Origin: Octopus sinensis
Taxonomy: Eukaryota
Length of the DNA stretch: 64,000 nt
NCBI RefSeq assembly: GCF_006345805.1
Contig: NC_043011.1
Coordinates: 11,594,001 to 11,658,000 of the forward strand
Direction: 5' to 3'
A program made the translations under genes and the position numbers. Positions within the stretch are counted from its first letter, which is position 1. Each line of letters begins with the position of its first letter. The notes beneath the pieces are model-generated. The model had not been told where the DNA came from, did not search any database, and saw only the letters and a list, made by a program, of their open reading frames with translations. This document shows positions 23,030 through 35,490 of the stretch, piece by piece.

Positions 23030-24363
23030 CACTTCGTTGTGTCACCATGGGATTCGAATGGTTCTCTTGATATTTGGCCTCCTGCACTCGGCTCAGCGTT
23101 GGGTGCAGGCGGTCCGAGTTGACGCAGTTTTAATTGAAGAGGAATCTATAAAAAAGGATGACACGGGGTCCCAAGTAGTATATACTTCAATCAAACAGAA
23201 AATCCGACTGATCGGCCATGAACTCTCCGATAAAACTGAAGTATCCTTCACAACCAACGAGATGCAGAGGAACGACAGCTGCAGCAATTTGCAGCGGACC
23301 AGCGCTTTCGTGGCCTCCTCGTCCGAATCAAATATATCCGTGATAGTTAAAGTAAAATTGAACCCTCTGCTTCCCGGAGAAACTTATTATTATTTGTGTA
23401 TAAAGCAACCTTTAACCGTAAATTCCGAATTGAAAGTGGATCATTGGATCCACCAGGGTAGCGACTCTTGGCTCCGACTTAAGGCTGAAGCATATAGAAA
23501 GACTTTGTTACCTATATGGATCCAAGTAATTTTGATAATTGTTCTGTTATGCTTGTCAGGCCTTTTCAGTGGTTTGAATTTGGGGTTGATGTCTTTGGAT
23601 AAAACAGAATTAAAGATTATCGAACAGTCAGGTTCCAAATCTGAGAAGCGTTACGCGCGGATTATACGACCAGTCCGAGAGAAGGGAAACTTTTTACTTT
23701 GTACTTTACTTTTAGGTAATGTTTTAGTGAACAACACATTAACAATCTTGATGGATGATTTGACCGGCAGTGGTATTTTTGCCGTCATATCAGCCACCGT
23801 AGGTATTGTTGTTTTTGGAGAGATAGTACCACAAGCCATTTGTTCGCGCCATGGACTAGCCGTCGGAGCCCGCACTGTATGGATTACACGTTTATTTATG
23901 TTCTTGACATTTCCCCTCTCCTATCCTGTTAGTTTAATATTGGACAAAATTCTGGGAGAAGAAATCGGTCAGGTGTACAACCGAGAAAAATTGCAGCAGC
24001 TCATTAGGTTGGCGAAAGATTTGAAATGCGAAGAAGTAGACATAATCTCCGGAGCATTGGCTCTAACTAAAAAAACGGCGAAAGATGCTATGACTAAAAT
24101 GAGTGATGTTTTTATGCTAGAACTCAACACTATCTTAGATTTTGAGACAGTGTCTGAGGCCATGAAACAAGGTTACACTCGAATACCTGTTTATGAAAAA
24201 GACCGGGAAAATATCGTAGCTATTCTCAACATCAAGGATTTAGCCTTAATTGATCCTGACGATAAAACCCCTTTGAGAGCGGTGTGCAAGTTTTACAATC
24301 ACCCCGTGTTGTTTGTTTTTGACGACCATAAACTGGATAATATGTTACAAGATTTTAAACAAG
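23025..24363 (+). CDS. CNNM: Metal transporter CNNM (cyclin M/ACDP), exon 1: signal peptide, extracellular domain, DUF21 transmembrane domain, CBS1 and part of CBS2
   Basis: [60 protein letters not shown] and [13 protein letters not shown] are CNNM hallmarks; donor AAG|GTAAGT at 24364, phase 1. Confidence 0.97.
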
Positions 24364-24829
24364 GTAAGTCAAAATGGTATAAACATACACTTAGCTGATA
24401 AATTCACATATCCATGTGTGCGCGAACAATCACGACGTGCGACCAACCAAGTTGGCAGTAAACAAATGCAAATGTGTGAAGCTAACACGATTCGTATGTA
24501 TTTGTCTACAGGTCGTTAGTTGTAGCTAATTCTCAATGTGAAATTTTAACAATTCAGTATTAAAAGACAATGCGTACAGGTTATGTTCTTCGAAAAAAAA
24601 AGAGAAGACAATCATCCTATGATTCTCTTATATACAGAGGGTACCTGTCCAGTTTTTGATTATGAGACTAAAGCGGTGTCATACAATTGTTTGTCAATGT
24701 TATTGCATAGGGGTGTCGCTATGCATTGTGCAGATAGGTGCATAAGATACACTAATAAAAATACAACGCTTTGTGTATATTTATACACCTACACACGTAC
24801 ACAGGTATATATTGATTTATATCCGTTTT

Positions 24830-25011
24830 CACACACATATATATATATGTATGTGTACGTGTGTGTATATGTAATATATACGCATACATTATATATATAT
24901 ATACGTGTGTATGTATATATGTAATATATACAAATACATTATATATATATATATATATATACACACACATACGTGTGTGTGTATGTATATATGTAATTTA
25001 TACGCATACAT

Positions 25012-25063
<52 letters not shown>

Positions 25064-25270
25064 GGATATATGTATTACCTTTTCTTTCCAGAATTATATT
25101 TAGATGTAAATGTATCCCACATACACAAACATATATACATACATATATATATAGGTACTGTAAATTTAGGGTGAATACTTGATAAGTGTAAGCACCTGTA
25201 TACGCCAGCTAGTGGCAGAGGTGATAGGGTATATATCAAATAAAATCAGTGTTCTGTTTTTGATTTTATT

Positions 25271-25331
<61 letters not shown>

Positions 25332-25350
25332 TCTATGTTATGTATATACA
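24830..25350. repeat. (TA)n/(TG)n microsatellite field
   Basis: Direct inspection. Confidence 0.9.
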
Positions 25351-25630
25351 TATATGTGCGCGTGGCTTAGTGGTTAGGATGTTGCACTGACGTTTCTATT
25401 CCTGGACTTCATTTCACGTTACACCATTCCACATACCTGCCAAAAATGAGTAAAACTCCTACGGGCAGGCGTCCTGTCCAAGGTGTGAATATGTATGCCC
25501 CAGAATCTACGAAACTGGTCTCATGCTCCCAGGACTCGGGAAGGAACTTCGATCCTTTTTTTTCTTTTGTGATGTATATATATACCTGTATAAGTATAAT
25601 ATATATATATACAGGTATATACTATATACC

Positions 25631-25692
<62 letters not shown>

Positions 25693-26134
25693 CGTGTATA
25701 ATATATATATATATGGTATTCTTTCGATATAACTCGACAAAATCAAAACACTTCACTTCGGGTATTTCTGTGGAAGCAAATGACAGTTCGATTCTGCTTG
25801 GAAATTTGCGTATTTTACATACACACATGAAACAGGTGAGAACAAATATGCAAGGCTTTTTTTCTTCAAGTTTAAAATGAAATCTTTATTATGATCAAAA
25901 TGATCGTACATAGAAAGGGACATCACAAGACAAACAAACACAAAAATGTTATATGAGTTCGAATGAGTATTCTGTTAAAAATTTACTTAAAAATATTTTA
26001 TAGAATGTTTAATTTTTCCTTTAACTAGAACTTTTTATTTTTTAAAAAGAAAACAAAGAAAACGATTAAAAGTTCAAAAGATCAAACCCGGCAGCCTATA
26101 AGGCCCAGCCGCTATCTTTTCCTTTCGTCGATGA

Positions 26135-29100
26135 TTAAGCTGGGTTACTAACACCCACCTTTCTCATCACATCCTTCTATCGTTTCTTGTATTCTCTCGG
26201 TGGCAGGGCCTTCCTCTCCAACCCCATCTTGCTTTTTAGATGGTATCTGAAGTAAGACAGCAAACCGGTTCCAGAGATGAAGGACCCTTTCACAGAACCT
26301 TCCATTCTAGTTCTCCAAACACACTCTTTCAGCACTGCAACCGTACAGTAAAAACAAGCCTTACCTTCCTTTGTGAGTCCAGTTGGCGGTATCATCTTTA
26401 TCATAGATCCAGCCGACAGCTGTACTCGTCCCAGATGCGACAGCACATGTTCGACGTAACTTATCAAGCTGGATAGCTCCCGACATTGTACAATAGCGTG
26501 CTGGACCGTTTCATTGTCCAACATGCATCTTGGACACGTCGGTGGCACTGATATTCCGTGCCTGGATAACTTATTGCGAACAGGTAAAGTGTTCCTGTAG
26601 CACTGCCAGGTCAGGGATTTTTAGAAGTTATCCAAGTACCCCGGCCTGAAAGTTTTTTTGAACAGGTTGGCAAGTTGGTTCTCATCGAACCCCAGAGCCT
26701 CTCCAAGGACATCATCGTTTTTTGCCTCTACCAGCCCTCTATAGAACACCGAGGTGGTATTCCTGCTGCCGGCCTTGCCTGTCTTGTGGATCGGCCAGAG
26801 TGCCTGACGGCACTCCTGCCATAAAATCAGGTTATGTCTTTTAATGAGACCGGGTTTAAATCTCTCCAAAGAGGCCGGTCGCGGCTAGAACTCCTCCGCC
26901 AGCGGACTCCACAGCCTATCACCCTCCAGGTGGCACCAGAGATGTCTCAGCCTCAACGCGTGTCTGTACATCATCAGCCTGGGCATTCCCAGTCCACCCT
27001 TTAACGGTTCCGGAGCGCTCACAAGTGGCTTTCCTCTCTTCCACAAAAAGCGGAAGAGGAGTCGTTCTAACTTGTTTAGCCACAAATCGGGGCAAGGCAC
27101 AATGGACAGGCGGTAGGTGATTACAGATGCTATAAACACCTGCACCACCTCTGCCCTGCCCTTCAAGGACAGAGGCCTTCCAGACCACTTCCGTACTATG
27201 GCCTCCACCTTGTCCACTACCTCGCTCCAATTCTCTGCCTGGGAGTCCGGGCCAAACCAAACTCCAAGCAACTTAACAGGACCATCTGTCCAGTGTTCAA
27301 CGACACTTGATGATATTGGCTTGTTCTTCCAGGTGCCAAGGTGCAAACTGATGGACATGTCCTTGTTAACTTTTGCCCCTGCCACCGCTTTATATTCTCG
27401 GAGAACATCTTCTACACGAGGTAGCTGTGCTTCTTTGGACACGATGAGGGTGATGTCATCCGCATAAGCAGAAACGGACCTACTGCATCCGATTTCATTT
27501 GGGTTGCCTCCTAACTTCTCCAACCTCCGCAGTAATGGCTCAAAAGCCAAAACATACAGAAGCAGAGACAAGGGACACCATTGACGAACAGAATGCTTGA
27601 TCGAAAACGTCTCTGTTAGGTAGCCGTTTATCTGGACTGTGGATTTGATGCCGCTGTACATTGCGGAGATCCACCTGCGAAAGCCAGGGCCCAGCCCTGC
27701 CGCTTTGATGACCGCCCCCAGGTACTATCAAACGCTTTACTTTGGTCTAAATGGACCAATGCCCCTCCTTTGCCAGCTAATTTCCCAACCTATCTAAAGT
27801 GTAGCGGAGAAGGGGAAGATTAACCTAGATCGACCTGCCTGGGATTGCACATGTCTGTGCCTTCCCGACAAGTTTCTTCACGACAACCGTCAACCTTTTT
27901 GCTAACACCTTGGCTAAAATCTTTAACTCTACATTAGATAGAGTAATGGGCCTATAGTTACAGATACTATCCCCCTTGCTCGGGTCTTTCTGAACCAGTG
28001 TCATAACTCCCCGGCTTACAGAACTGGGAATCCTCCCATTCTGTTGCCAGTATTTCCCCGAACAAGTCCGGCATACAACGATAAAACTTGTAGGGCAGTC
28101 CATCTAGCCCCGGCGCACTCGGCCAACACCTCTCTTACCTCTGCAGGAGTGATCGGTCCTTCACAGCATTCAGCCTCACGTGCCGCAAGTCGAGGCCCAC
28201 CGGCTAGGAAGTCCTTTAAGGGCTCCCCCGCTCAAGTGGACCACTCTCCTCAAACAACCAAGCGAAATGCTGGTGAAAGACTCTCTGCATTTCCTCCTGT
28301 CTATTGATCTTGCGTCCCTGTTCGTCCGTTAAAGACTTTATAGAGGACTTTTTACCTCTCTGACTTTCCACACGACGTGCCCATCCGGCAACAGTAATAC
28401 CTTCTCGCTTCCCTGCACATAGCTTGGCTCTGACTCTGCAACCTTCATGTTTGGCGTTGAGGTGGCGGTACAAAACTGTTCTCGCTGACAACACTCTACA
28501 TGCAGAGCCAGATTCCATTGCCTTGTCTAAGTTCTTAACTAAATCACCTCTATTCTAGTCCTATCTAAACTTAGCTGCTTGCTAAATCTAATGGACTCTA
28601 AACGGATGGCTCTTTTGAGGGCGTGCCACCATCTATTGTTAATGATGGTGCCACATAATGCCCTCTGAACTAACACCTTAATCCGGGTATGGAAAACTTC
28701 ACAAGTCAAAATAGACTTGTTCATTTTCCAATACCCGGGTTCCTGTCTATGACATTTATCTACGTGTACCTCACACGTCACAAGTTTGTGATCCGTGTAA
28801 GGTACAATACAAAATTGTGGACAACTAACACTATTCTTATCTCTTTCCTTAATAAATACCCTATCTAAGTACGATCTGTGTGAGCTGTTGTTGTTACTCC
28901 ACATCCACTGTGGAACGTTCGGCTCATCCAGTCGGTAATGGTCTACTAGATTATAGCTCTCTAGTAGACCTTTGAGGCAAGGATTCCCCTTTCCTATCAG
29001 TTGAGCCTATACTATCGACCCGCACATTGAGGATAGTGTTGAAGTCCCCTACCAAAACTAACATTTTAGACGTCACTAGAAAGTGCTCCAGGTTTCGGTA

Positions 29101-29452
29101 AAAACCAGACTGCCTACACTCCTTAGGGGCATAGACAGCTACCAACCTGAAGGACTGCTTACTCGCATGAGTCACATCTAGTACAACCAGCCTGCCTTCT
29201 GGGTCCAGAAAGACAGTACTTATCTGTAAGTTCAAGTTCTTCCTGATAAGGACTGCCATGCCTGCACCCCTTGGCTAGGAGAAATAAATTTCGCGTAACC
29301 ACTCAGAAGAGGCGAGAACACTTGAGGTCCACTCATCTTGGACTCGGTGACAATAGCCACATCTATTCTATGTGTCATGAGGTCATTTCCATCTCGACCT
29401 ATTTCCATCTCGACCCCATTCCACACACATTTAAACAACCTAACTTAATCAT
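26135..29452 (-). pseudogene. LINE ORF2: APE endonuclease, reverse transcriptase, CCHC (frameshifted)
   Basis: MIKLGCLNVCG, RLVAVYAP, LVGDFN, SYLDRVF, TDHKLV, GYWKMN, NYRPITLSNVELKILAK, VRQWCPLS, SAYADDIT, GGLGMP and CPRCMLDNETVQHAIVQC across several frames. Confidence 0.92.
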
Positions 29453-29474
29453 CGAATAAAGAAAAATAACCTAC

Positions 29475-31114
29475 TTACGGTTGTGAGAGGGAGCATGGCA
29501 GTCTTTGTCTGCCTGCTTCCCCAGCACTCCCCGTAGCTGCTTGGCTTTTCACCGGCGTTGCCACCGGGCTCTGTGTTGGAGTGGCTGCTGGGTTGATAAT
29601 CAGCTTCCCAGCTATCACCTCCTGGGTTACATCTTTAATAAGGTTGTTTTGCACATGTTCTTGGAAGAGTTTTCCTTTCCACTCCTCTTCTTCGACTTTG
29701 GCGTAACGTGTGTCAGACTCTTTGTCAGTCACTTTAAAAAATGTTATGCGGTTGTTTGCTTTAATTAAGCATAACACCTTTTCATTTTTGTCATTAAACG
29801 AGACAATCTTGTCCGTTTTTTAAAAACCTTTTAGCATTGGGGGGTGGGGTTTATTGAAAAGCTGTCCTACAAATGTGGTGCTAGCTGGGTGGGATTGGGG
29901 AATGTTTTGGTGTTGTTCGTGTGTGTTTGTCTTTTTTCTTTTTGTTTGGGGAGGGGAGTCCGGGGTGCTTTCTTTTTTGCGTTTGTATGTCACTGTTGTG
30001 TACTCCATATCAGTTTGGTCATTTTCTTTTGTTTGTTTTTCTTCTTCTTCCTTTTGTTCTTCATTCTGTTTTTCATTTTGTTTCTTTTCATCCTTCTGTT
30101 ATTCGTTTTGCTTTTTTTTTTGTTAGTGTTTTCTTTTGTTGGTGCTACGTTTTGGGGAGGGACCTCAACTGTTTTTTTTCTTAGTGCAGGTAGAGCGAAC
30201 ATGACCCTTCTGCCCGCACTTGAAACACCTGGGCCTACGTCCCTCCATTGACACACGAATTGCATGCCCCTCCCCTACGAAGACTCTATCCAGCAAATTT
30301 TCAAGCATTTGGTTGTCAGCTTGAATTACCATTTCTAGCATTTGTCCCCTCCAGTTTGTCGGTTCCTTTTTCCTCATGCTCAGGATTGTTATTTTGCCTT
30401 CAATGTCATATATAACTGCTGTCGCTGCCCACATTACTTCATAACCAACAGGTATGTCCTCAGCTGTCACTTTTGCCGTTCGCTGACCCAAATACTTTGG
30501 TAGCAACATAATTTCTTTGTTCTTCAACGTTTGGGTCGAAATTTCCTTTGCTACGTTAGCCGACTCGAAATGTGCTTCTATTGTAGCACTTCTTACACCT
30601 CTGCCAACGTAGCACACCTTGTTCCATATCGGAGCCATGCGCCGCTCAACCACTTCATTCTTCACATTGGCGATTCATTTTCCTTAATATTAAGCACCTT
30701 GTAAACGACTGTTTTTTCCCGAATTGCTTGAACAGTTTCCGGGGGCGGTACTAACTTGGTTTCTTCACCAGTTTTTACGATTAATTTTCTTAACTGGAAG
30801 AGCTTGTCCATTGCTACTTCCAGTTCAATGACATTTCCACCTATGGCAGCTGAAAAACTTTGTTTTTTCCTGGTTTCCTTTTTTATTTCCGTTGTTATTC
30901 CTTCCTTCCATCTCGGGAAAATCAATTTTTGATGCGAGGTCGTACTCCCTGATGTAGCACAAGAAAACCTTGTCACAAATGACGAGAGACAAATTTCATA
31001 AAATTCAGAAATTTTCTGCCCCTTAGGGCGAAAATTACTGTTTGTCCCAAGACAACAGTTCAAGTCAACAAAAAACACAGACAGAAATGAACTCACGTAA
31101 CAAATGGGGAGCAA
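29475..31114 (-). pseudogene. LINE ORF1 with CCHC zinc knuckle (frameshifted)
   Basis: ORFs 30662-31114, 30165-30665 (EGRRPRCFKCGQKGHVRSTC) and 29475-29777 lie directly upstream of ORF2. Confidence 0.8.
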
Positions 31115-31294
31115 GTGAGAATATAGACGTGCAACTGAGGAAAAAGAAGAATATGAATTGGAGGTTCAAGTTTAAAATGAGACATTGCTGGCATAATTTC
31201 GTTATATCTATTCTCCACAACCCACAGAAATAGCTGAAGTGAAATGCCTCGACCTTGTCGAGCTATATCGAAGAAATGCCATATATATATATAT

Positions 31295-31485
31295 ACTCTT
31301 TTACTTTTTTACTTGCTTCAGTCATTTGACTGCGGCCATGCTGGAGCACCGCCTTTAGTCGAGCAAATCGACCCCAGGACTTATTCTTTGTAAGCCCAGT
31401 ACTTATCCTATCGGTCTCTTTGCCGAACCGCTAAGTGACGGGGACGTAAACACACCAGCATCGGTTGTCAAGCAATGCTAGGGGG
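31295..31485 (-). mobile_element. tRNA/CORE-type SINE family C, 3' part
   Basis: tttacttg.ttcagtcatttgactgcggccatgctggagcaccgcc; other copies at 11640, 44150, 45017, 54745 and 63010. Confidence 0.8.
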
Positions 31486-31585
31486 NNNNNNNNNNNNNNN
31501 NNNNNNNNNNNNNNNNNNNNNNNNNNNNNNNNNNNNNNNNNNNNNNNNNNNNNNNNNNNNNNNNNNNNNNNNNNNNNNNNNNNNN
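31486..31585. other. Assembly gap (100 N)
   Basis: Run of 100 n; true length unknown, so intron 1 size is approximate. Confidence 1.
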
Positions 31586-31695
31586 AAGGTGCTGGAGCAT
31601 ATGCTGTTGGTTTGGGGAGAGTCATTTTCTTTTTGTGCCTTATAATTTAACACACTCACTGGTAAAATTTCCACTTATATCTTATTTTTATTTTC

Positions 31696-31732
31696 CTAAA
31701 ATTTTCATTGCGTCTTGCAACCTTTTCAATAG
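31696..31732 (-). ncRNA. Candidate minimal hammerhead, U3-A8 core variant
   Basis: Reverse complement cta-TTGAAAA-g-gttgc aagac gcaat-GAAA-at-T-T-tag. Confidence 0.45.
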
Positions 31733-31769
31733 TCTTGATGTTGAGGTCAAAAATGTTTTCTAATAAGTG

Positions 31770-32131
31770 TTGCCAGCCCCGTCGGCACTGTGCCGGTGGC
31801 ACATAAAAAGCACCCCCTACACTCACGGAGTGGTTGGCGTTAGGAAGGCATCCAGCTGTAGAAACACTGCCAGATCAGACTGGGCCTGTGCAGCCATCTG
31901 GCTTCCAGACCCCAGTTGAACCGTCCAACCCATGCTAGCATGGAAAGCGGACGTTTTAAACGATGATGATGATGATGATGATGATGATGTATATGTTTAT
32001 ATGTATATGTTTATATATTTATATATGTGTATATATGGATATGTATATATATGTATATATATATATGGTATATATATGTATATATATGGATATGTATATA
32101 TATGTATATATATATAGTGTGTGTGTTATAT

Positions 32132-32164
<33 letters not shown>

Positions 32165-33207
32165 GTGTATAGTGTTATATGTATATGTATATATATTTAT
32201 ATATGTATATATATATATAGGTCCAACCCATGCTATGTATATATATTTATATATGTATATATATATATAGGTCCAACCCATGCTAGCATGGAGAACGGAC
32301 GTTAAACGACGATGATGATATATAATCAAAAAATCAAAAAAACAAATCAAAATAGATGAACATCAATGGAATTTGTATCTTTGTGGTACCAGTGCCGGCG
32401 GCACACAAGAAAACCATCCGAACGTGGCCGTAGCCAGTACCGCATCGACTGGCCTCTGTGCTGTGGGCACGTAACAAACACCATCCGATCGTGGCCGTTC
32501 GCCAGCCTCATTTGGCACCTGTGTCGGTGGCACATAAAAACACCATCCGAAGACCCGGCAAGACTAGTCAGGCCATAACCCGTGGCCCCTACCTGGGACG
32601 TAGTCAGTCCACCTGTGCATACCTTCCTTCTTGTGACACTTGTGAAGACCTGTTGAGGCAAGTGAAAATCAAAATCAAATCAAATCAAATCAAATCAAAA
32701 CAAATCAAAATAGATGAACATCTTGTGAAGACCTGTTGAGGCAAGTGAAAATCAAAATCAAAATCAAATCAAATCAAATCAAAATAGATGAACATCAATG
32801 GAATTGTATCTTTGTGGTACCAGTGCCGGTGGCATACAAGAAAACCATCTGAACGTGGCCGTAGCCAGTACCGCATCGACTGGCCTCCGTGCTGTGGGCA
32901 CGTAACAAACACCATCCGATCGTGGCCGTTCGCCAGCCTCATCTGGCACCTGTGTCGGTGGCACATAAAAACACCATCCGAGCGTGGCCGTTCGCCAGCC
33001 TCGTCTGGCACCTGTGTCGGTGGCACATAAAATCACCCACTACACTCTCGGAGTGGTTGGCGTTAGGAAGGGCATCCAGCTATAGAAACACTGCCAGATC
33101 TGACTGGCCTGGTGCAGCCTTCGGGCTCCTCAGACCCCAGTTGAACCGTCCAACCCATGCTAGCATGGAAAGCGGACGTTAAATGATGATGATGATGATG
33201 ATGATGA
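31770..33207 (+). mobile_element. Several RTE family A 3' UTR copies with an internal duplication
   Basis: Copies at 31770-31990 and 32330-33207; ~32340-32545 is duplicated at ~32775-32980; (GAT)n tails. Confidence 0.85.
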
Positions 33208-33359
33208 TATATATAATATATATCACGTGACCGACCAGACCATCAGATGTAGTTACACATCGCTGGTCACAATGCGTTCGCATTGTTTTAGCCTTCGAAT
33301 GACGCCACCCCGCTGGCTAAGCGAGCAGGCCGATATATATATAGATATATATATATATA

Positions 33360-34330
33360 CTAGTATCCTTCATGTAGTCAACCTCTATTCCAATATTCCC
33401 CACAACCTAGGAATGGTGGTAATTGAATTCTGGTTAGAGAATTACCCCAACGAACGCCCACATTGCATCAAAAACGAATTCTTGATAGAAGGACCGAAAT
33501 TTATTCTGGAGAATAACTACTTCGTCTTCAAAGACAACTTCTATTGACAAAAATCGGGGACTGTGATGGGTACAAGAATGGCCCCCACCTCCTTTGCTAA
33601 CCTAGTCATGGGCTATCTAGAAATTAGTCTTTATCGTAAGGTTCTAGAAAAATATGGCAGCCCATGCTCCCTCTACAGAGAAAATAACTGGAAGAGATAC
33701 CTGAATGACTGTTTCATTCTTTGGTATGAAAGTATAGAGAGACTTAAAGAATTTCAAACACTTATAAATGGACTTGACATAAACATTCAATTCATGATGG
33801 AATATAGCCATCAATAACTTCCCTTCCTTAATATCCTCATTAAGAAATCTAAAAAAAGGGCCACAGAATGAACTTTATCCACCAAACACACACCGTCATA
33901 AAAAGCAAGAGACAGCCCAAATCTACAAAAAATCACCTAACACAAGCCCAAATATGCTCAACAACAACACTGAAGCCGTCAGTAAAAAAATGCGGAAGAC
34001 CCAACTGTGAGATATGTGTCAATTTAATTGAGGGATCAGAGTTCTCCTTCAAACAGGGACAACGTTTCACACTGAAATACAGCTTCACATGTGCTTCGGA
34101 GAACCTTATATACACACTAACCTGCTCTGGGTGTCATAGGCCAAACAAAAAACAGTTTACGTCAAAGGATGACTCTGCACAGATCCAGATCAAAATTCCA
34201 GAAAAGAAAAAATAGCATTCAGCCAACACATTGACATTTGCAGCAATAACAAAAATCCAAGCTTCAGAATTTTTCCCTTCTATGAATTCAGGGACGATAC
34301 AACATTTAGCCAACAAATTAGTAAAGAGTC
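33360..34330 (+). mobile_element. Penelope-like element (Neptune-type) RT and GIY-YIG fragments
   Basis: VVNLYSNIPHNLG...FILENNYFVF...GTVMGTRMAP.SFANLVMGYLE...WKRYLNDCFILW; KKCGRPNCEIC...FTCASENLIYTLTCSGC. Confidence 0.88.
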
Positions 34331-34789
34331 TCTATTACAAAGACCCCTTTTGAATGCATCTGCAACAAATGACATATTCACCTCGACCTTAGAATAAAGC
34401 ACACAAATATGAATACCTTAGAATAAAACACACAAATATTAAAAATGATACATTCAAAAGAGATACCCAAGAATTCATTAAAAGCAGTCCCAATTACTAC
34501 TATAATCCACAACGAATCACTTTCAGGTCACTTGACCATTTAACATCCTACAACTATCTTACTATCCTGCATTTCCTTAGTCTTTCTCTTCTTCCCTGTC
34601 TCTTTCTTCTTCGTCTTCTTCCTCTCCACCGCATCCTTTCTTACTTTACTACTACTGCTGTTTAGAATAACACCTACACAAATCATCTTCTTCTTCTCCT
34701 CCTCCTTCTTCAGGAGTAGTTCATGATCTACTTATAGAAAAACAAAATTTAAGCAATACTCTTCTTTCTCAGTCCTTGAACCCCAGCTC

Positions 34790-35490
34790 AAAGGAAGCTT
34801 ACAGAAAGCTCTAAGGAGAAATTAAACAGGAATTGTGGAATGATAGAGCAAAAGGGGCACAAGAAGCAGCTGATAGAAATGATGCCAAGGGTTTGTACTC
34901 TTCTGTTAAAGAGGTACATGGCCCAAAATCTTCAGTAGCTCCAGTGAAAACAGCAAATGGACATTTGCTTCTGACTGACACCGCTTCTATTCATAAGCAC
35001 TGTGTAGAAGATTTTTTTATCCACTGACATGAGGACGATAGAAAAATTGAACACCTTCCAGTTATAGAAGAGATGACATTTGAACCATCTCTAAATGACA
35101 TTTATTTAGCTGTGAATAAGTAGAATAACAATAAGTCTCCAGGGTCTGATGGAATCGATGCAGAAGTCTTGAAATATGGGGGTGACAAAATGTTTGAACT
35201 CTTAAATATATTCATTTGTCACTGTTGGAGAACTGAAAAGTGCCTCAAGATTGGATTGATGCCATTTTAGGTCTGTGGTTGGAAAGGTACTTGCCCGCAT
35301 TTTGTTAGAATGTTTAAATACCCTCATAGTTCCAAATATAGTGCCTGAGTCTCATTGTGGTTTTCGTTCTTCCAGGGGCACAGCTGATTGTATCGTTACT
35401 ATAAGACAATTACAAGAAAAGTGCATTGAACAGAATGCTTTGTTGATTTGAGCAAAGCATTCAATACTGTTAATCGAAATGTTCTGTAGC
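34790..35490 (+). mobile_element. RTE-BovB-like RT fragment
   Basis: AQEAADRNDAKGLYSSVKEVHGP, NNKSPGSDGIDAEVLKYGG, PESHCGFRSSRGTAD, RQLQEKCIEQN. Confidence 0.8.

Larger units (their letters stand above)
25881..31164 (-). mobile_element. Full-length, disabled Tx1/L1-clade LINE
   Basis: 16-bp TSD ttcaagtttaaaatga (25865-25880, 31165-31180); ORF1 plus ORF2 architecture; AATAAA at the extreme 3' end. Confidence 0.9.
25714..31281. mobile_element. MITE with 60-bp TIRs, split by a Tx1/L1 LINE
   Basis: 25714-25773 and 31222-31281 are inverted repeats (about 48/60 identical), both flanked by (TA)n; the host element is about 270 bp once the LINE is removed. Confidence 0.75.

Noticed and set aside
24364-24398. 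CNNM as a single-exon 457-aa protein ending [11 protein letters not shown]
   Set aside because: A strong GTAAGT donor lies at 24364, and in-frame exons 2 and 3 complete CBS2; the tail is intron read-through.
31431-31674. ORFs spanning 31486-31585
   Set aside because: Artefacts of the N gap.
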